A stretch of 64,000 nucleotides of DNA, from the NCBI RefSeq assembly GCF_022539665.2, contig NC_081333.1, positions 1,736,001-1,800,000 on the forward strand, read 5' to 3'. Position 1 is the stretch's first letter, and the number at the start of each line of letters is the position of its first letter. This DNA is from Daphnia carinata (Eukaryota). Positions 60,146 to 64,000 of the stretch are shown here, piece by piece. The notes beneath the pieces were generated by a model. That model searched no databases and was not told where the DNA came from. It saw only the letters and a list, made by a program, of their open reading frames with translations. A program made the translations under genes and the position numbers.

Positions 60146-62842
60146 TTATTGTTTTTCCAGCCTCTCCAGTCGTTTTATCTCGTCGTTTTCTATATTCAGA
60201 GAATAAACAATGAAAAATTCCCATTGATCAAACAAATCTACAGGGTCAAGTTCGACCATACATACCTTTCACTGCTTTATCAGCGGCTGCCTTGTCTTCG
60301 ACAATGAACCTAATTTTTTTCGAAATATAAACAACACAGTGGATGAGAATTAGGAATAATCATGGCTTCTTTCTTGTTTGTTTGTTTCGTCTCAGTCTAG
60401 CCAAAACGATTGGTTTCGATTTCCCGAACAAGATGCATAAAACATAACACTTACCAAGCGTTTGCGAAGAAGAAATAAGCACTTAGCGCCGCAAGGATGG
60501 TCGTAATAAACAGCGAATACTGAAGTGCTCGAAATTCGATGTCGACCGTCTCCATGTCGATGAACGAAGAACCGGAGCAGTTGTTGCTAGCGGAGGATTC
60601 GTCCAGCATCATCGTACCACCATAGTAATCATACGATGACATCTTTGTTTCTTCCGCAGCAGTCAATGACTTCTTGAAACTGTCTGATACCTGTAAGATT
60701 AAATGAATACCGTCAGATCTTTCGATTTGCGATTAATTCTAAGATTCTATACCAGTCCAACGATGTAAGGAGATCCGGCATCGCCCAGGGCGTGGGATAC
60801 AAGGATGGAAAAAGCTTCGGCCGTTGAACGTCTCGTTGGAATAACGACGTACTACATCACGGCAAAACAAAATAGTTCAAATTTAATTGAAGTTAATCAT
60901 TTGAATAGTTTAAAGAATACCAGAAGGATGTCACCGACGGGCGCCCTGAACAAGAGGATTGCAAAAGGAGAGTTAGACAAGATAAAGATATTCATGCAAC
61001 ATTCAAAACTATTTACCAATTAACGTTAAGGAACCACTGGCCGAAGAAGAGGACGATGTACATTGGCACAGGAGGACCTGATGCAATGTAGCAACCCCAA
61101 TAGAGTAATGGAGCGCAGATGACCATACTCCAAGCGCAAACTTGGGCATCGGCCGTTGGAAAACGTTTCCTTAATTTCTGTCCGACCAGCGATCCTGATG
61201 CTACACCCACAACGCCAGCCAGAGCCGCTTCAAACCCGACTATGAGTGACACCCTTTCATTTAACGTTTAGTAATTGATCATTCGTGTTTTGTCGTCTCT
61301 TTTTTTCAGTACTATATACCTGGTATAAGAAACATCTTCGCCTAATGTTGTAGCCTGTCCTAACGTGATGAATTTAGGGCCCCACCACGCCAACGCACCG
61401 GAGACGTATGTTGTTAGCGTGCATCCAGCCGTTGACAATACGTAACTTTTACTGATCAATGGAAAAAGGATGTAAATTTTGTTTTTCAGAAACAAGAGTT
61501 CTCTTTTATGTGTTTTTTTGGTTTGATCTTACTTTGTAGCCAAGTATTTCAAATCGTCCCAATAAGAAGTTGCAGATAACTTGGACCCCTCGGCTTCGCC
61601 TCTTGGTGGCTCTTGGACGATAAATATGATCAGCAAGACGGCGATGAGACCTAGAAAAGGTGTGACTCGAAGGCCCCACTGCCACGAGCCAAAAGCGCTG
61701 GCCATTGCTGCACCGACGATAAACCCTAGCCCACTTCACCCGGAAATTTTCAAAAGGCAAACAAACGTTAAATGAGGTGGCTTTACTGGAACCTACTGTT
61801 CGCTAAATGTATACCTTCCGACGGGAATAGCAAAGTAGTAAAGGATAAGAAACTTAGACCGAGTATCACCAATGCAAACATCGGAGATGATAGTTGGTGA
61901 AACAGTGGAAAACATGGATTCGCCGATGCCGACCAAAATTCTTGACGTCAAGAAGAGACTGTAACTTTCTGAAAACGAACCAGCTAAATTGGATATTCCC
62001 CAGAAAGTAATACCAATTGCCATGATGAGCCTGTTTGAAAAATTGTGAATAAATTCATGTTGATGTTCACTTTAATGCGTTACAACTCTCGTACTTGCGA
62101 GAGAACCTGTCACCCAGGTAACCAACGATGGGTGAGAAGAGCATGTAGGAAACCACGAAAGCAGTTGAGAGCAAACCGCCTTGCGCGTCACTGATATCGA
62201 AAAAACATTGAATCTCCGGCAAAATTCCTACAAGAAAAGAATAACAATGCCACTTTAACAGGTACTGTTTATAGTAAATCCATTTGCGCTGGTTAAATAT
62301 CGTAATATAGTGTCCCATCGCGTTCGTTGCAACCTTGCGTTCACGATAAAATGGGTGTCGTATAATGTAAACAAACACAGCGTACCTGCGATAGTGAAGC
62401 GATCCATGTACTTTAACAGATTAACAAAACACAGGATAATGACGGTCATGTACTGGCGTTTAGTCATTTGTTTAACCTCTTCAATGGATGTCGCGGACGA
62501 AGTCATTGACGCCGATGATGCATGGCTGTCAGTTAACTTCTCTTCTTTGCCAATTGATATCGAATCTTCCTTAATTGACAATGAAGACGATTTTTCTTCA
62601 TCTACCTGAATGGATGGTTTGATGTCAGCATCGCTTTCTGCTGTCGGCACGTGTGTGCTTTCTTCAACACCGATTGAATTTGATCTTTTCGACGATAGAG
62701 ACTTGTTATCAGCATTGTCGTGTTTGTGATCGAGTTGCTGTTCTGGTTTCTCGTCTATTTTGGCCTCCGGTCTCTCATCCTCGGTGTGAATCTGCTCGAC
62801 AACCGACTGATGACTTCCGGTTTCTTTGACGTCCGTATCCAT
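60146..62842 (-). CDS. Spinster-like MFS transporter, paralogue 2
   Basis: [84 protein letters not shown]. Extended acidic/Ser-rich N-terminus; ends [14 protein letters not shown]. Confidence 0.9.
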
Positions 62843-63200
62843 TAGCAATCCGCAATGTCCTCTTCTCCAGGGATAAAAAACTAAACAAAAAGGCGGCTGT
62901 TGAATTCCCAGATGATGGGAACCAACTAAATCCAAGGTGTTGGACACTTTTATTTATATCTATCCATTTTATTTTTTGTGTGGTGAGACTTGAAAGGTTT
63001 AGATTACGTCTTATCTGTACCCTGTTGTGATATGCTATAAAAACATAACCTTAAAAGCAGACACACATGGATATGCTGATACAAATCCATTTAATCAAGC
63101 CATTGTTTTTTGTAAAGCCCAAATCCATACACCTGAATTAATACATACAACCTGTTCCTTTTAAGAATTTTCCATCTTGTATGCAAGTACATCTCGCTTA

Positions 63201-64000
63201 TCAGTATCTTCTGGGAATGCTATCGACAAATTCAGGCCCTGCGGGTTTAGCTGTCGTAGATGTCGTTTGCTGTTCAATCATTTCTAGTCGTTTCCTTTCG
63301 TTATGTTCTGTATGATTAAAATTGAAATGTTTAAGTTGGATTTTTCACGTAATTTTACGTGGATGAATCGACAACATTTGAGCTCCCCTTAAACATTTTC
63401 ACGAACATTTTATTGTCGTCCAAGCAAAACGTTCGTTTATTGCGTCAGTCGATTCAACCACTGCTAAACGTTGTCTAACAAACATAAAGGACCTAGAGCT
63501 TATCGTTTACCTGTCACTGCCTTGTCGACTAAGGCTTTATCCTGTACGATATACCTGAAATAGAATAGGAAACGTTTAACTTGCACGATTCGCTTCGTTG
63601 GTAAAAGGTAAATAATACCATGCGCTGGCAAAGAAGAAAACTGCGCTAAGTTCTGCGATGATAGTCCCAATAAAAAATGCATACTGCAAGGACAGATAGT
63701 CTATGTCAACCGTTTCGGGATCGATGAACGAGGAACCGGAGCAGTTATTGCTAGCGGAGGATTCGTCCAACATCACCGCTCCGCCGTAGAAATCGTACGG
63801 CATAATCTTTGACTCTTCAGCAGCTGTAAGTGATGCTTTAAAGCTGTCAGATACCTGTAGAACGATTTTATTTTATTATTTCCATTTAATTTTATATTCT
63901 CTCTGAAGAACGTTGTTCTGTATCTATCCATATGATTACATACCAGGCCGGTAATGTACGGAGATCCAGCATCACCCAAAGCATGAGAAATGAGGATAAA
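63201..64000 (-). CDS. Spinster-like MFS transporter, paralogue 3 (3' part only; runs off window)
   Basis: [25 protein letters not shown]...FFFASAW|YIVQDKALVDKAVT|EHNERKRLEMIEQQ...IPRRY*. Confidence 0.88.

Overview
Eukaryotic, AT-rich genomic DNA with many ~60-70 nt GT-AG introns. Gene content and style suggest a branchiopod crustacean (Daphnia-like; inference). Recognisable spliced genes: sulfiredoxin, two tandem SLC46/PCFT-like MFS transporters, Unc-76/FEZ, LPGAT1, a prostanoid (EP4-like) GPCR, SMC4, three spinster/SPNS paralogues (one with a pair of 262-nt mutually exclusive exons), a divergent Rh ammonium channel and an orphan Gly/Ala-rich protein. Two accessory blocks (1-8 kb and 41.1-47.3 kb) hold MITEs, decayed spliced orphan genes and the most unusual features. 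(i) A ~5-kb palindrome with 2.25-kb arms, each carrying a decayed spliced gene, centred on three tRNA-like Pol III cassettes. (ii) Two sequence-unrelated ~350-nt multi-hairpin RNAs with strand-specific G-U pairs (one with cUUCGg and cUACGg tetraloops), each forming the apparent last exon of an orphan gene. (iii) A 23-bp minisatellite that is stop-free in all three minus-strand frames. The two blocks share a TAAGCCCGAC repeat motif, suggesting one uncharacterised mobile-element family with a structured RNA component (hypothesis). All gene models, pairings and identity estimates were read by eye; nothing was computed or searched.
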